Positions 19,844-31,208 of a DNA stretch of 64,000 nt are shown here, piece after piece. The position numbers and the translations under genes were made by a program. Position 1 is the first letter of the stretch, and every line of letters starts with the position of its first letter. Location of the stretch: NCBI GenBank assembly GCA_040767965.1, contig JAXGNR010000007.1:122110-186109 (forward strand), given 5' to 3'. Under the pieces are notes generated by a model. That model did no database searches. It saw only the letters and a list, made by a program, of their open reading frames with translations, and was not told the DNA's origin. The stretch is from Atribacterota bacterium. GTDB lineage: Bacteria > Atribacterota > Phoenicimicrobiia > Phoenicimicrobiales > Stramentimicrobiaceae.

Positions 19844-19890
19844 AAAATAAAAAGGTGGAAAATGTTGATAATTTTCCACCTTTTTATTTT
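19844..19890. terminator. Bidirectional terminator between trkH and the glycerate kinase gene
   Basis: AAAATAAAAAGGTGGAAAAT / ATTTTCCACCTTTTTATTTT 20-bp inverted repeat. Confidence 0.85.
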
Positions 19891-19933
19891 TCTGAAAATT
19901 TGAAAAGTCAATATCTGATAATATAAATATTAG

Positions 19934-21079
19934 TTAAATTTTATCTTTAAATATTTCTTTTTTATTCTCTTCTAAAAATTCAAAAATTGTTTCCATTAAA
20001 CGTCTTTCTTTTTCTGATTTTGGAGAATCTATATCCATAGTAGGCGTAGGTTTAATAACATAATCAATTCCGTGTTCTTTCACTATCATTCCCGACTTAT
20101 CTATCAACGCACTTACTGAAATCACCGGTAAATTATATTTTTTAGCTACTTTAGCCACACCTATAGGAGTTTTCCCATAAATAGTAGAGGCACTTATTTC
20201 TCCTTCTCCTGTGATTACCAAATCAGCATCACTGACCATTTCCTGCATTTTAACAGTTTCAATGACAATATCGATACCTGGCTTTAATTCTGCATCCAGA
20301 AAAGCTATTAATCCTGCTCCAAGTCCTCCAGCTGCACCAGCACCTGGTAAATCTTTTATGTCTTTATTTAAATCTCGCTTTATAATATCTGCAAAATGAG
20401 ACAATGCTTTATCAAGGACAAGAATCATTTCTTCAGTTGCCCCTTTCTGAGGTCCATAAATTCGCGATGCACCGGTATCTCCGCACAAAGGATTTTGAAC
20501 ATCTGATGCAACTAATATTTCAGTTTCTTGAATACGCGGATCTAATCCGGAAATATCAATTTTTGCAATTTCAGCTAATTGTGCACCACCAAATTCTATT
20601 TCTTTTCCATCTTCGTTTAGCAGGCGAACTCCTAATGCTTGCACCATTCCGGCACCACCGTCATTAGTGGCACTACCACCTATACCTATAATCATTTTTC
20701 GGCAACCATAATCCAGGGCAGCCTTTATAAGTTCACCTGTGCCATAAGTTGTTGTGATAAGAGGGTTTTTCTTCTCAATAGGAACCAATGGTAATCCAGA
20801 GGCAGAAGCCATTTCAAGTGCAGCAGTTTTCCCATCCCCCAGAATACCAAACATAGCTTTTACCTTTGTTCCAAGGGGGCCGGTGACTTCTTTTTCTATA
20901 ATTTTACCATTGGTATTGTTAACCAAACATTGCACTGTTCCTTCTCCGCCATCAGCCATAGGAACCTTCTCTACCTGAGAGTCAGGCAGGGATTTTTTAA
21001 CACCTTTTTCCAGCGCATCTGCAATTTCAATAGCTGTCAAGCTGCCCTTAAATGAGTCTGGAGCTATTACTACTTTCAT
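19934..21079 (-). CDS. glxK: Glycerate kinase (GlxK/GarK family)
   Basis: VIAPDSFKGS, PMADGGEGT, GIGGSATNDGG, GPQKGA, GAGAAGGLG, ITGEG. Confidence 0.95.
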   Translation of the reverse strand: MKVVIAPDSFKGSLTAIEIADALEKGVKKSLPDSQVEKVPMADGGEGTVQCLVNNTNGKIIEKEVTGPLGTKVKAMFGILGDGKTAALEMASASGLPLVPIEKKNPLITTTYGTGELIKAALDYGCRKMIIGIGGSATNDGGAGMVQALGVRLLNEDGKEIEFGGAQLAEIAKIDISGLDPRIQETEILVASDVQNPLCGDTGASRIYGPQKGATEEMILVLDKALSHFADIIKRDLNKDIKDLPGAGAAGGLGAGLIAFLDAELKPGIDIVIETVKMQEMVSDADLVITGEGEISASTIYGKTPIGVAKVAKKYNLPVISVSALIDKSGMIVKEHGIDYVIKPTPTMDIDSPKSEKERRLMETIFEFLEENKKEIFKDKI

Positions 21080-21388
21080 TTTTACTTCCTTTCTAATCTT
21101 TGTTTTTTTTCTTTGTTTTTCTTTTCTTTTATAATCAATTATTTCATAAAATATTACTTTTCATTATAATAGATTTTTTAATATTTTTCTTTATATAATA
21201 CAATTTTTTTTCTTATAAAACAAAAGCTACACCTTCATGAAATTTATTTAACCTATTCTTATCTCCTGATCCAACTATTATCCCATTTTTATTCATTATA
21301 TTTATATTTATACCAAGAATTTTGATAGCATGCTCTACAATTTGCTGAGCTAATTGATAAGTAATCTTCAATTATTTCTCCAAAGATT

Positions 21389-21997
21389 TTATTGATATGT
21401 AATATATGTTTTTTTGTTCTGAATTGTGATTTTATTTTGAGCAAATAGCTGGATTGCTTGTGGTAAAATTTGGTGTTCATATCTTGAAATTCTTCTGGAC
21501 AGGGTTTCTTCAGTGTCACCCTGCTTTATCTTTACTGCTTTTTGTAAAATTATTGAACCTGAATCAATACCTTCATCGACAAAATGTACTGTGCAACCAC
21601 TAATTTTAACCCCATAATTTAAAGCTTGCCTTTGAGCATGTAACCCTGGAAAAGCAGGCAATAATGCAGGATGAACATTAATAATCCGATAATGGTACTG
21701 CTTGATAATATCTGGACCTAATAAACGCATGTATCCAGCCAGGACAATGAGGTCCAACTGAAACTTTTTTAAATTATTTAAAAGTTCGTTTTCATAAATC
21801 TCTTTATTATTATATTGTTTAAAAGGAACAACTATAGCAGGAATATTTTCACATAATGCTCTCTTTAAGGCTCTTGCTTTTGGATTATCACTAATAACAA
21901 CCTGAATCTCCCCATCAATTCTTCCTTTTTTTATTGCATTTATGATGGCTTGTAAATTAGTTCCTCTGCCAGAAACTAATACCGCTATTTTTATCAT
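21389..21997 (-). CDS. purN: Phosphoribosylglycinamide formyltransferase
   Basis: VLVSGRGTNLQA, LAGYMRLL, INVHPALLP, GCTVHFVD. Confidence 0.96.
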   Translation of the reverse strand: MIKIAVLVSGRGTNLQAIINAIKKGRIDGEIQVVISDNPKARALKRALCENIPAIVVPFKQYNNKEIYENELLNNLKKFQLDLIVLAGYMRLLGPDIIKQYHYRIINVHPALLPAFPGLHAQRQALNYGVKISGCTVHFVDEGIDSGSIILQKAVKIKQGDTEETLSRRISRYEHQILPQAIQLFAQNKITIQNKKTYITYQ

Positions 21998-22096
21998 TAA
22001 AACTTCCTTTTGTTTAATATTATTATTTTATCAAATATTCTTATTATATTTTATATTTCTCCTGTTTAGTTTTAATAGCCTTAAAGTAACAGCATT

Positions 22097-23137
22097 TTAT
22101 CTAGTAATAATAACCTTTTTTTTATTTTCTGTTTTAGCTATTACTTCACCAATTTCATAAGAGGTTTCTCCTGTTTCTTTCAAGAATTCAATTAATCCGT
22201 TTTTATCTTCTGGTTTTATTACAATAATAATACCAATACCCATATTAAAAGTAGTGAACATCTCTCTGTCGCTAATTTTTGCCTTTTCTTGAATAAGCTT
22301 AAAAATTGGTAATATTGGCCAGCTATTAGAGTTAATTCTAACTGCTAAATCCTCAGGAATAATGCGAGGAATATTTTCGCAAAAACCTCCGCCGGTGATG
22401 TGAACTAAACCATTTATTTGGTATTTATTTAATAAATTCAGAACAGATTTCACATATATTCTGGTTGGTTTAATTAATTCCTCTCCAAGGGTAACCGTAA
22501 AACCTGGTACTACCTTATTTAAAACCATTTTTTCTTTATCTAAAAATATTTTACGGACCAGTGAAAATCCATTGCTATGCAAACCAGAAGATGGCAGACC
22601 AATTAAAATATTACCAGATTCAATTTTTTTTCCATCAATAATTTTATTTCTTTCTACCACGCCCACTGCAAACCCTGATAAATCATATTCTCCTTCAGGA
22701 TAAAAACCAGGCATTTCAGCAGTTTCCCCACCTAATAATGCACAACCTGCCTGTTTGCATCCTTCAGTAATGCCAGTTATTATTTTTATCATTTTTTGTT
22801 CTTCTAGCTTCCCGGTGGCCAAATAATCCAGAAAAAAAAGTGGCTTTGCGCCACAGGTTAATATATCATTCACGCACATGGCTACTAAATCTATACCAAT
22901 GGTATCATGTTTATTAATTAGATTAGCTATCATGAGTTTAGTTCCAACACCATCAGTACCTGATACCAAAATAGGATCTGTCAATTTTTCCTGAGACAGA
23001 GAAAATAAACCGGCAAAATTACCTATTTCACTAACAACACCAGGTATGTTGGTTGAATGGATTAACGGCTTTACTTTATTGATAATTGAATTGGCCAATT
23101 CAATATCTACTCCGGCTTTTTTATAGGTGTCATTCAT
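22097..23137 (-). CDS. purM: AIR synthetase
   Basis: YKKAGVDI, SGTDGVGTK, LFFLDY, GGETAEMP, SSGLHSNGFS, HITGGG, TFNMGIG. Confidence 0.97.
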   Translation of the reverse strand: MNDTYKKAGVDIELANSIINKVKPLIHSTNIPGVVSEIGNFAGLFSLSQEKLTDPILVSGTDGVGTKLMIANLINKHDTIGIDLVAMCVNDILTCGAKPLFFLDYLATGKLEEQKMIKIITGITEGCKQAGCALLGGETAEMPGFYPEGEYDLSGFAVGVVERNKIIDGKKIESGNILIGLPSSGLHSNGFSLVRKIFLDKEKMVLNKVVPGFTVTLGEELIKPTRIYVKSVLNLLNKYQINGLVHITGGGFCENIPRIIPEDLAVRINSNSWPILPIFKLIQEKAKISDREMFTTFNMGIGIIIVIKPEDKNGLIEFLKETGETSYEIGEVIAKTENKKKVIITR

Positions 23138-23251
23138 AATTACTTCCTTTCGACCCTTATTATCAGCTTCTTTAGATTGGAATGGGTAAATAACTAAAAA
23201 TAAGTGCTATCTTGAAAATTACTGATAAAAATTAATTTGTAAATATTTTTA

Positions 23252-24616
23252 TTAAATCGGGTATTCTCCACTAAAACAGGCTGCACAAAAATCTTCTGGT
23301 TTATTTTTCCGAAAAACACCTTTTAATCCATTTAAGCTAATATAGCCCAGACTATCAGCTTCAATCCATTGTCTTATTTCCTCTACTGAAAAACGAGTTG
23401 CCCATAACTCTTCTTTACTGGGAGTATCAATACCATAATGACAAGGACAATTTACAGGAGGGGAGCTGATACGAACATGAACTTCTTTTGCACCAGCTGT
23501 TTTTAACAATTTTACAAGTTTTCTACTGGTAGTACCTCTTACAATTGAATCATCAACCATAACAATCTTCTTATTTTTTACAATTTCTGCAATTGGCGAT
23601 AATTTAACACGAACAGAGTATTCTCTTAACATCTGGTTAGGTTGAATAAAAGTCCTGCCAACATAAGTATTTTTCAAAAGTCCTTCCTGATAAAGAATCC
23701 CTGATTCCATGGCATATCCTAAAGCAGCAAAACGTCCTGAATCAGGAACCGGGATAACCATATCAGCTTCAGCAGGTTGTTCCTGGGCCAGTTTTCTTCC
23801 AATCCTTTCCCTGATAATAGCAACATTTTCTCTAAAAACCTTACTATCCGGACGGGCAATATAGATATGTTCAAAAATACATAAGGCTTTTTTGCTATTT
23901 TTGATAATCTGTTTGCTTGAATAATAATCTTTATTAACTACTATCATTTCACCCGGGTTTATTTCTCTTATATATTTCGCATTGATCAAAGGAAAGGCGC
24001 AATCCTCAGAAGCAATTACATACCCGCCCTTTTCTTTGTCCAATTTCCCTAATACCAAAGGATGAAAACCTTGTCCATCTCTAACGCCTATCAGTTTGTC
24101 CTGGGTTAAAATAACTAAACAATATGCCCCTTTTATTTGAGAGACAATTTTTGCAATAGCTTCTTCCATTTCTTTCTCTTTGGTAGCAGCAATCAGCTGG
24201 CAAATTAAATAACTGTCTGTCACATCTTCCTTGAATGTTATTGATTTTGATTTTAAATAATCTTTTATCTCATCCTGATTTGTTAAATTCCCATTATGAG
24301 CAAGGGCAAAGGTACCTCCAGCATATTGAAATAAAATTGGTTGGCTGTTTTCCCAACCATTTGTTCCTGCAGTAGGATAACGCACATGACCAATAGCAGC
24401 TTTCCCCTGTAATGTGCTTAAAATACCTTCATTAAAAACTTCTGTGACCAGACCCATGTCTCTATAAATCAAAATATTTTTATCATCACAAACCGCAATC
24501 CCTGCACTTTCCTGCCCTCTATGTTGTAGCGCAAAAATGCCCAAGTAGGTTAATTTAGCAATATCTTTATTGTTGTTCTGATCAAAAACGCCAAAAACGC
24601 CACATTCATCGCGCAT
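23252..24616 (-). CDS. purF: Amidophosphoribosyltransferase
   Basis: MRDECGVFG, LQHRGQESAG, GHVRY, AHNGNL, PVPDSG, VDDSIVRGTT; ATG overlaps the purL stop (TAATG) at 24616. Confidence 0.96.
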   Translation of the reverse strand: MRDECGVFGVFDQNNNKDIAKLTYLGIFALQHRGQESAGIAVCDDKNILIYRDMGLVTEVFNEGILSTLQGKAAIGHVRYPTAGTNGWENSQPILFQYAGGTFALAHNGNLTNQDEIKDYLKSKSITFKEDVTDSYLICQLIAATKEKEMEEAIAKIVSQIKGAYCLVILTQDKLIGVRDGQGFHPLVLGKLDKEKGGYVIASEDCAFPLINAKYIREINPGEMIVVNKDYYSSKQIIKNSKKALCIFEHIYIARPDSKVFRENVAIIRERIGRKLAQEQPAEADMVIPVPDSGRFAALGYAMESGILYQEGLLKNTYVGRTFIQPNQMLREYSVRVKLSPIAEIVKNKKIVMVDDSIVRGTTSRKLVKLLKTAGAKEVHVRISSPPVNCPCHYGIDTPSKEELWATRFSVEEIRQWIEADSLGYISLNGLKGVFRKNKPEDFCAACFSGEYPI

Positions 24617-26829
24617 TAAATTGTCCTCCGCCAAACCTTTTCAAGTTGGGATATTTCTAAATCAATTAAATCATTGATTCTAAATCTAGTACCTTTTACT
24701 TTCCCTAAAATAAGCATAGGCACTTTATATTTGTTGGTAATTTCCTGTAATAAGCTTAGGTGTTTCTCTGGAAGAGACACTACAATCCTGGATTGTGTTT
24801 CACCAAATAAAAGAGCATCTGTTCTAATATCAGGTTTAATTTCCAGATTAATTCCTTTTTTACCAGCAATGCAGCTTTCAGCTAAAGCAATAGCCAGCCC
24901 ACCATCTGAGCAATCATGAGCTGAGGAAAGGATTCCGGACTGAATACTTTCTCTGCAGGCATTCTGAACTGATTTTTCCATTGCTAAATCAATCATAGGA
25001 GGAACTCCTTTTTCAATGCCATGGATTACTTGCAGATATTCACTTCCGCCTATTTCTTCTTTGTTTTCCCCAATAAGCACTATAACATCACCATCATTTT
25101 TAAACTCCATAGTGCAAATTTTTTGTGAATCTTCAATTAAGCCAACCATCCCAATAATAGGCGTTGGATATATGGCTAACCCGTTACTCTCGTTATTTAA
25201 ACTGACATTACCGCTAATAACGGGTATGCCCAGCATTTTACATGACTCACTAATCCCTTTCACTGATTGCTCTAATTGCCAGAATATTTCTTCTTTTTCA
25301 GGATTGCCAAAATTAAGATTATCAGTTATAGCCATCGGTACAGCTCCTTTGCAAGAAAGGTTGCGGGCTGCTTCAGCAACAGCAATCTTTCCACCTGCAA
25401 AAGGATCGAGATAACAATATCTTCCATTTCCATCAACTGTAAAGGCTAGAGATTTTTTGCTTCCTTTTATCTTTATTATACCAGCATCATCACCCGGGAA
25501 TAATATTACTTCTGTTCCCTGGGCACTAATTTTCTTATTATCTTTATAAATCCATTCTTTATTGCAGATATTTGGTGCAGACAATATTTTCAATATGGTT
25601 TCATTATAATCTTCAGGCAGTGAAACATTATCTAAAGTTAACTGTTGAATTGTCTTTAATTCAACAGGTTCTCTGCCCTGGTAATTGCGAATAGGTGCAC
25701 CTTCTGCCAGAGATTTTGCAGGCACCTCACCTACAATTTTGCCTCCCTTTTTCAGGCTAAGCATTCCATCAGTAGTAACTCTACCTACAGTTGTACATTC
25801 TATGTCCCATTTGTCGAATATTGCTTTGATATCTTTTTCCTTTTCTTTGTCTGCAATTATCAACATTCTTTCTTGTGTTTCTGAGAGCATAATTTCTCTC
25901 GGAGTAATATTTTCCTCCTGTAAGGGTACTAATGAGAGGTCTAGCTCAATTCCCTGACCTCCTTTGCTGGCCATTTCACAAGAAGAACTAACTAACCCTG
26001 CGGCACCTAAATCCTGCATTCCTAAAATAAGTTTCTTTTCTGCCAATTCCAAACAGGCTTCAATGATTTTCTTTTCCAAAAATGGGTTTCCTTGAGGAAT
26101 AGGAGGATGTTCAACCTGCTCTTCCCCTTCTAATTCGCGAGAGGCAAAACTGGCGCTTCCAACCCCATCCCTGCCCGTCTTTTCTCCTGCTAAAATTACA
26201 ATACTGTCAATCTTATTGGCTACAGCAACTACAATATCTTCTTTTTTTACCAAACCAACACACATAGCATTAACTAATGGATTTCCCTGATAACTATCTA
26301 AAAAATTTATTTCTCCACCAATAGTCGGAACCTCAATATTGTTACCATAAAAAGATAATCCCCTGGCTGCTTCTTGCACTAAATATTTCACATGAGAATC
26401 TTCGAATTTTCCGAAACGTAAAGAACCTAATAAGGCAACAGGGCGTGCACCCATTGCCAGGATATCTCTTACTACTCCTCCTGATCCAGTAGCTGCACCA
26501 TAAAAAGGTTCAACTGCTGACGGGTGGTTATGACTTTCTATCTTCATGGTCATTGCCAGTCCTTCTCCTATATCAATAGCTCCTGCATTTTCTCCTGGAC
26601 CGAACAACACCCATTCTGCTTTTGTTGGAAAAAGTTTTAAAACGGGCTTTGAACTTTTATAGCTACAATGCTCAGACCACATAGCTGAATACAAACTTAA
26701 TTCAACATTGTTAGGTTTTCTTTTTAAAGTTTTTTCAATTTCCTGATACTCTTCCTTGGTGAGATCATTTTCTTCTAAAATTTTTCCTAAATTTTTATCT
26801 TCCTGGTATATTTTATCCATCTTATCCAT
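24616..26829 (-). CDS. purL: FGAM synthase subunit PurL, copy 2
   Basis: [65 protein letters not shown]. Confidence 0.95.
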   Translation of the reverse strand: MDKMDKIYQEDKNLGKILEENDLTKEEYQEIEKTLKRKPNNVELSLYSAMWSEHCSYKSSKPVLKLFPTKAEWVLFGPGENAGAIDIGEGLAMTMKIESHNHPSAVEPFYGAATGSGGVVRDILAMGARPVALLGSLRFGKFEDSHVKYLVQEAARGLSFYGNNIEVPTIGGEINFLDSYQGNPLVNAMCVGLVKKEDIVVAVANKIDSIVILAGEKTGRDGVGSASFASRELEGEEQVEHPPIPQGNPFLEKKIIEACLELAEKKLILGMQDLGAAGLVSSSCEMASKGGQGIELDLSLVPLQEENITPREIMLSETQERMLIIADKEKEKDIKAIFDKWDIECTTVGRVTTDGMLSLKKGGKIVGEVPAKSLAEGAPIRNYQGREPVELKTIQQLTLDNVSLPEDYNETILKILSAPNICNKEWIYKDNKKISAQGTEVILFPGDDAGIIKIKGSKKSLAFTVDGNGRYCYLDPFAGGKIAVAEAARNLSCKGAVPMAITDNLNFGNPEKEEIFWQLEQSVKGISESCKMLGIPVISGNVSLNNESNGLAIYPTPIIGMVGLIEDSQKICTMEFKNDGDVIVLIGENKEEIGGSEYLQVIHGIEKGVPPMIDLAMEKSVQNACRESIQSGILSSAHDCSDGGLAIALAESCIAGKKGINLEIKPDIRTDALLFGETQSRIVVSLPEKHLSLLQEITNKYKVPMLILGKVKGTRFRINDLIDLEISQLEKVWRRTI

Positions 26830-26902
26830 TTTTAGCTCCTTATAATAAAACTAAAATTCAACTTTCAAACATATTTAAGAAATTAACAGGCTCTAAAGAA
26901 AT

Positions 26903-29101
26903 TTACCTTGTTTCATCCTGTTTATTCCATATTTTTTCCAATTTGGTTAGAGGAATGTTAATCAATTTGTTAATTTTCAATGAGTCGCCCCCAACCATTC
27001 CTATTTGCTGAAAAGGAATTTTTTCTTCCTGGGCGATATTAATTATCTCTTGCACTTTTTCAGGTTTAGCACTAACAATAATCCGGGACTGGCTTTCTCC
27101 AAAAAGTAAGCAATCAGGGCGAAAATCGGTATTTATATCTATTGTAGCACCTTTTCCACCAGTTATGCATGATTCAGCCAGGGCAATTGCTAATCCGCCT
27201 ATAGCGCAATCATGTGCAGATGTCAGCAATCCTTTGGAAATCAATCTTCTACAGGCAGATTGTACTTTTTTTTCTATTTGTAAATCAAGAAAAGGAGGTA
27301 TTCCTTTTCTTATACCGTGGATAAATGCCAAATATTCACTTCCGCCCATTTCGTTCTTATTTTCCCCTAATAGAAAAATAATATCGTTCTCTGACTTGAA
27401 ATCAAGAGTACAAATGTTCTTATAATTATCTAAGACACCAACCATTCCTACTACTGGGGTGGGGTCAATAGGTTTTCCATTATTCTCATTATAAAGACTT
27501 ACATTCCCGCTAATTACTGGAGTATTAAAGAATTTACAAGCCTTTGCCAATCCTTTAATCGCCTGTACCAGCTGCCAGTAGCTATCACTATTTTCCGGGG
27601 CTCCAAAATTAAGGCAATTTGTCACTGCCTTTGGAAAAGCACCTTTGCAGGAAATATTGCGGGCTGCTTCTGCAACAGCTATTTGAGCTCCTATAAAAGG
27701 ATCGAGCAGACAATATCTTCCGTTCCCTTCAGTAGTTAAAGCAATGGCTTTCCTGGAGCCTTTTATTCTTAAAACTGCTGCATCATCTCCTGGCGGAATT
27801 AAAGTATTGATTTGCACTGTGTGGTCATATTGTTGAAAAATATTTTTTTTACAGAAAATATTAGGAGAAGCGAGCATTTGTAGCAAAATATCATTATATT
27901 CTTCAGCTTCTTTTATCTCACCTATATCAAACCGGTTTAAGTTTTTTTGCCATACTGGCTCTTTTATCGTCCTTTGAATTACAGGGACTCCTTCTGTTAA
28001 TGCCTTTACAGGAATATTTGCCAGTATTTTTTTATCATCTTTTATAATGAACTTTTTTTCTTTAATTACTTTACCTATTAAAGCAGAATCCAAATCCCAT
28101 TTCTCCAGGATATTAAAAACAGATTCTTCTTTACCTTTTTCCACAACAACTATCATTCTTTCTTGTGATTCAGATAGCATAATCTCAAAAGGATTCATTC
28201 CCGCTTCTCTTTGAGGAACTTGCGATAAATCTATTTCTAAGCCACAATTACCCCTTGAAGCCATTTCGCTTAAAGAGCTTGTTAGCCCAGCTGCGCCACA
28301 GTCTTGCATGCCAATTATCTCTTTCAATTTAACTAATTCCAGGCAAGCTTCTATTAATAACTTTTCTGAAAAAGGATCGCCTATTTGAACAGCCGGACGG
28401 TCTTCTTCTGATTTATTACTGAGTTCAACAGAAGCAAAAGCTGCTCCTCCTATACCGTCTCGGCCAGTTTTAGCTCCAATTAAAATAACAGAATTTCCAG
28501 CCCCTTTCGCAATTGCATTAATAATATGTCCTTTCTTTACCAGCCCTACACTCATCACGTTAACTAAAATATTACCCTGATAGCTTTCAGAAAAAATGGT
28601 TTCTCCTCCAACTGTCGGCACTCCAACGCAATTACCATAAAAAGAAATACCTCCAACTACACCAGCGCATAAATATCTGGTACGATTATCATCGTAATTG
28701 CCAAAAAACAAAGAATCTAAAAGCGCTATAGGGCGAGCACCCATAGTAAAAATATCTCTTAAAATTCCTCCTACTCCCGTAGCTGCACCCTGAAAAGGCT
28801 CTATTGCAGAAGGGTGGTTATGACTTTCCATCTTCATTACTACAAATTCTTCTTCGCCTATATCAATAATACCGGCATTCTCGCCCGGTCCCTGGATAAC
28901 AAAATCAGCCTTTGTAGGCAGTATTTTTAATAAATGCCGGGTATTTTTATAACTGCAATGTTCACTCCACATAACAGCAAACATACTTAACTCTAACTCA
29001 TTCGGTTCTCGTTTTAATAGTTGCAGGATTTGCTGATATTCTCCAGCGGTTAGTTGCCATTTTTCCCAAAACTTTTTTGTTTTAAATTTATTGCCCTTCA
29101 T
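26903..29101 (-). CDS. purL: FGAM synthase subunit PurL, copy 1
   Basis: [61 protein letters not shown]. Confidence 0.95.
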   Translation of the reverse strand: MKGNKFKTKKFWEKWQLTAGEYQQILQLLKREPNELELSMFAVMWSEHCSYKNTRHLLKILPTKADFVIQGPGENAGIIDIGEEEFVVMKMESHNHPSAIEPFQGAATGVGGILRDIFTMGARPIALLDSLFFGNYDDNRTRYLCAGVVGGISFYGNCVGVPTVGGETIFSESYQGNILVNVMSVGLVKKGHIINAIAKGAGNSVILIGAKTGRDGIGGAAFASVELSNKSEEDRPAVQIGDPFSEKLLIEACLELVKLKEIIGMQDCGAAGLTSSLSEMASRGNCGLEIDLSQVPQREAGMNPFEIMLSESQERMIVVVEKGKEESVFNILEKWDLDSALIGKVIKEKKFIIKDDKKILANIPVKALTEGVPVIQRTIKEPVWQKNLNRFDIGEIKEAEEYNDILLQMLASPNIFCKKNIFQQYDHTVQINTLIPPGDDAAVLRIKGSRKAIALTTEGNGRYCLLDPFIGAQIAVAEAARNISCKGAFPKAVTNCLNFGAPENSDSYWQLVQAIKGLAKACKFFNTPVISGNVSLYNENNGKPIDPTPVVGMVGVLDNYKNICTLDFKSENDIIFLLGENKNEMGGSEYLAFIHGIRKGIPPFLDLQIEKKVQSACRRLISKGLLTSAHDCAIGGLAIALAESCITGGKGATIDINTDFRPDCLLFGESQSRIIVSAKPEKVQEIINIAQEEKIPFQQIGMVGGDSLKINKLINIPLTKLEKIWNKQDETR

Positions 29102-29114
29102 GTTTTGCTCCTTT

Positions 29115-29828
29115 TTAAATCTGGCAATTAGAAATGTTTTCTTTTAATGTCAAAATTATGGATTCAAATAATAAAAGACCATCCTTGGAACCTAGACAGC
29201 TTTCAGCACTTCTTTCGGGATGTGGCATTAAACCCAATACATTTTTTTCTTTATTGCATACTCCAGCTATATTCAGCAAAGAGCCATTTGGGTTTGCCTG
29301 ATTATTTATATTTCCGATTGAATCACAATAACGAAATATAATTTGTCTATTTTTTATTAATTCATCAAGGGTGTTCTTATCAGCATAGTAGCATCCCTCT
29401 CCATGGGCAATAGGAATTTTTAAAACTTGATTTGGATGGTATTTAGTGGTAAAAGGGGTATTAATATTTTCAATTTTAATAGTTTGTTGCTGACAGATAA
29501 AATGCAAGCATCTATTTTTAATTAAAGTTCCAGGCAAAAGCCCTGCTTCGGTTAACATTTGAAAGCCATTACAAATACCCATCACCAATCCTCCTTTTTG
29601 AGCAAATTCTATTATTGCTTTCATTACAGGAGAGTATCTGGCAATAGCTCCTACCCTTAAATAGTCACCATAAGTAAATCCTCCTGGTAAAATCAAACAG
29701 TCAAAACCAGCCAATTCCACATCTTTATGCCATACCCATACAACCTGAACTTTCAGAACATTCTGCAAAACATAATAACAATCATAATCACAATTTGTGC
29801 CGGGAAATTGAACGACTCCAAATTTCAT
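29115..29828 (-). CDS. purQ: FGAM synthase glutaminase subunit
   Basis: [40 protein letters not shown]. Confidence 0.97.
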   Translation of the reverse strand: MKFGVVQFPGTNCDYDCYYVLQNVLKVQVVWVWHKDVELAGFDCLILPGGFTYGDYLRVGAIARYSPVMKAIIEFAQKGGLVMGICNGFQMLTEAGLLPGTLIKNRCLHFICQQQTIKIENINTPFTTKYHPNQVLKIPIAHGEGCYYADKNTLDELIKNRQIIFRYCDSIGNINNQANPNGSLLNIAGVCNKEKNVLGLMPHPERSAESCLGSKDGLLLFESIILTLKENISNCQI

Positions 29829-30077
29829 TTATTGTTCCTCTATTTCATATTCAAAATCTTCAATGATTGGGTTAACAAGAATTTTTTGACACATATCTGT
29901 TACTCTTTTCGCAATTTCTTCTTTGCTTTCTCCCTTAACCTGCAGTTCAATCAACTTACCAATCCTTACGCTACTTATCTCATCAAATCCCAGGGACAAC
30001 AAAGCTTGTTGTGTTGCTTTTCCCTGGGCATCAAGAATACCTTTTTTTAATATTATATTTATTTTTACAACCCACAT
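29829..30077 (-). CDS. purS: FGAM synthase subunit PurS
   Basis: LKKGILDAQG, VRIGK, LVNPIIEDF. Confidence 0.93.
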   Translation of the reverse strand: MWVVKINIILKKGILDAQGKATQQALLSLGFDEISSVRIGKLIELQVKGESKEEIAKRVTDMCQKILVNPIIEDFEYEIEEQ

Positions 30078-30154
30078 TTTAAATCGTTCACTCCTTCCAA
30101 GAGTCTCTATTCCCTTTGTCCATTTTTTATTTAACCAAATCTTCCTCTTAATTT

Positions 30155-31180
30155 CTAAATAAACTCAGGAATTGCCTGTAAAAGTTCCTTTAACTCAGGA
30201 ATCCCTTTAAACCATTCTCTGCCAGTTATTTCATTTGCAAATGCGCAATAGATATTAGAAATCAGGTTTTTTAAAGGTACAGGCAAGCTTTCTGGTTGAA
30301 TAGTTACTAATTTTTTCCAATTCTGAAAATCTTTCCCTTTAGCAGCAGATAAATCCTTATACCAATGACTTTTTCGATAATACAATCTGGCAATCTCTTT
30401 ACTGATAGGTATACCCTTGAAAGTAAATCGGCATTCATCCAAGGTGCCTAAAACATCTACCAGTACAATATTCTGCTTATCATCCAGAGCAAATTCAAAT
30501 TTGCCATCTTCATTTTTCAAACCAAGCTTTTCCACTTCCTGAGTTATTATTTGGTTTATTGTTAGTGCTAATTTTTTTATTTCGTCAGCTTTTTCAACAG
30601 ATAAACCGGCTATTTCTCTTGCATCTTCCCAGGTAATATATCTATCAGTAGGTTCTAATTTTGTTGAAACATCAAGATAAGCTTGTTTTAAATCAATATC
30701 ATTTTCAGGAATCGTTGTTAAGCCAAAATCAGCAGGATGCAGGCTACCATTTTGTAATCTTTTATAGGCACTGGATTCTTTGGTAAGAGAATTGCGGTAT
30801 ATAACTTCTAAAGGAATCAGATAATTTCCCTTTAGCTGTTTATAAAAATCATACTCATATTTATTATTAGAACTTAAGTTGGGATGTAATACTCTAAAAA
30901 GTTTTGTCTCCAGGATTGGAAGAGGTTTTTTAATTTCAGAAAGTTTTTTAACTTTATCTTCTTCTATCAATCCTAAATAATGTGTTGATATATTTTTTTC
31001 TTGTAATTTTTCAAAAAAATACGCCGCAGCTATACAAAGAGCTAAACCTTTATTGTCAATATGGTCAGGCATTTCCCCCCAATCAAAAACAGAATAGCGA
31101 TCAGAAAACACAAATCTTCCTCTGCCTGCTTTTTCTTTGGTGGGACTTTCTAATATTATTAAGTCTTTTACACTTCCCAT
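30155..31180 (-). CDS. purC: SAICAR synthetase, long (341 aa) form
   Basis: MGSVKDL, FSDRYSVFDWG, IPLEVIYRN, STKLE, DGKFEF, DVLGTLDECRF, SKE. Confidence 0.9.
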   Translation of the reverse strand: MGSVKDLIILESPTKEKAGRGRFVFSDRYSVFDWGEMPDHIDNKGLALCIAAAYFFEKLQEKNISTHYLGLIEEDKVKKLSEIKKPLPILETKLFRVLHPNLSSNNKYEYDFYKQLKGNYLIPLEVIYRNSLTKESSAYKRLQNGSLHPADFGLTTIPENDIDLKQAYLDVSTKLEPTDRYITWEDAREIAGLSVEKADEIKKLALTINQIITQEVEKLGLKNEDGKFEFALDDKQNIVLVDVLGTLDECRFTFKGIPISKEIARLYYRKSHWYKDLSAAKGKDFQNWKKLVTIQPESLPVPLKNLISNIYCAFANEITGREWFKGIPELKELLQAIPEFI

Positions 31181-31208
31181 TTATTTTTTTCCTTTTTTTC
31201 TGATTTTT

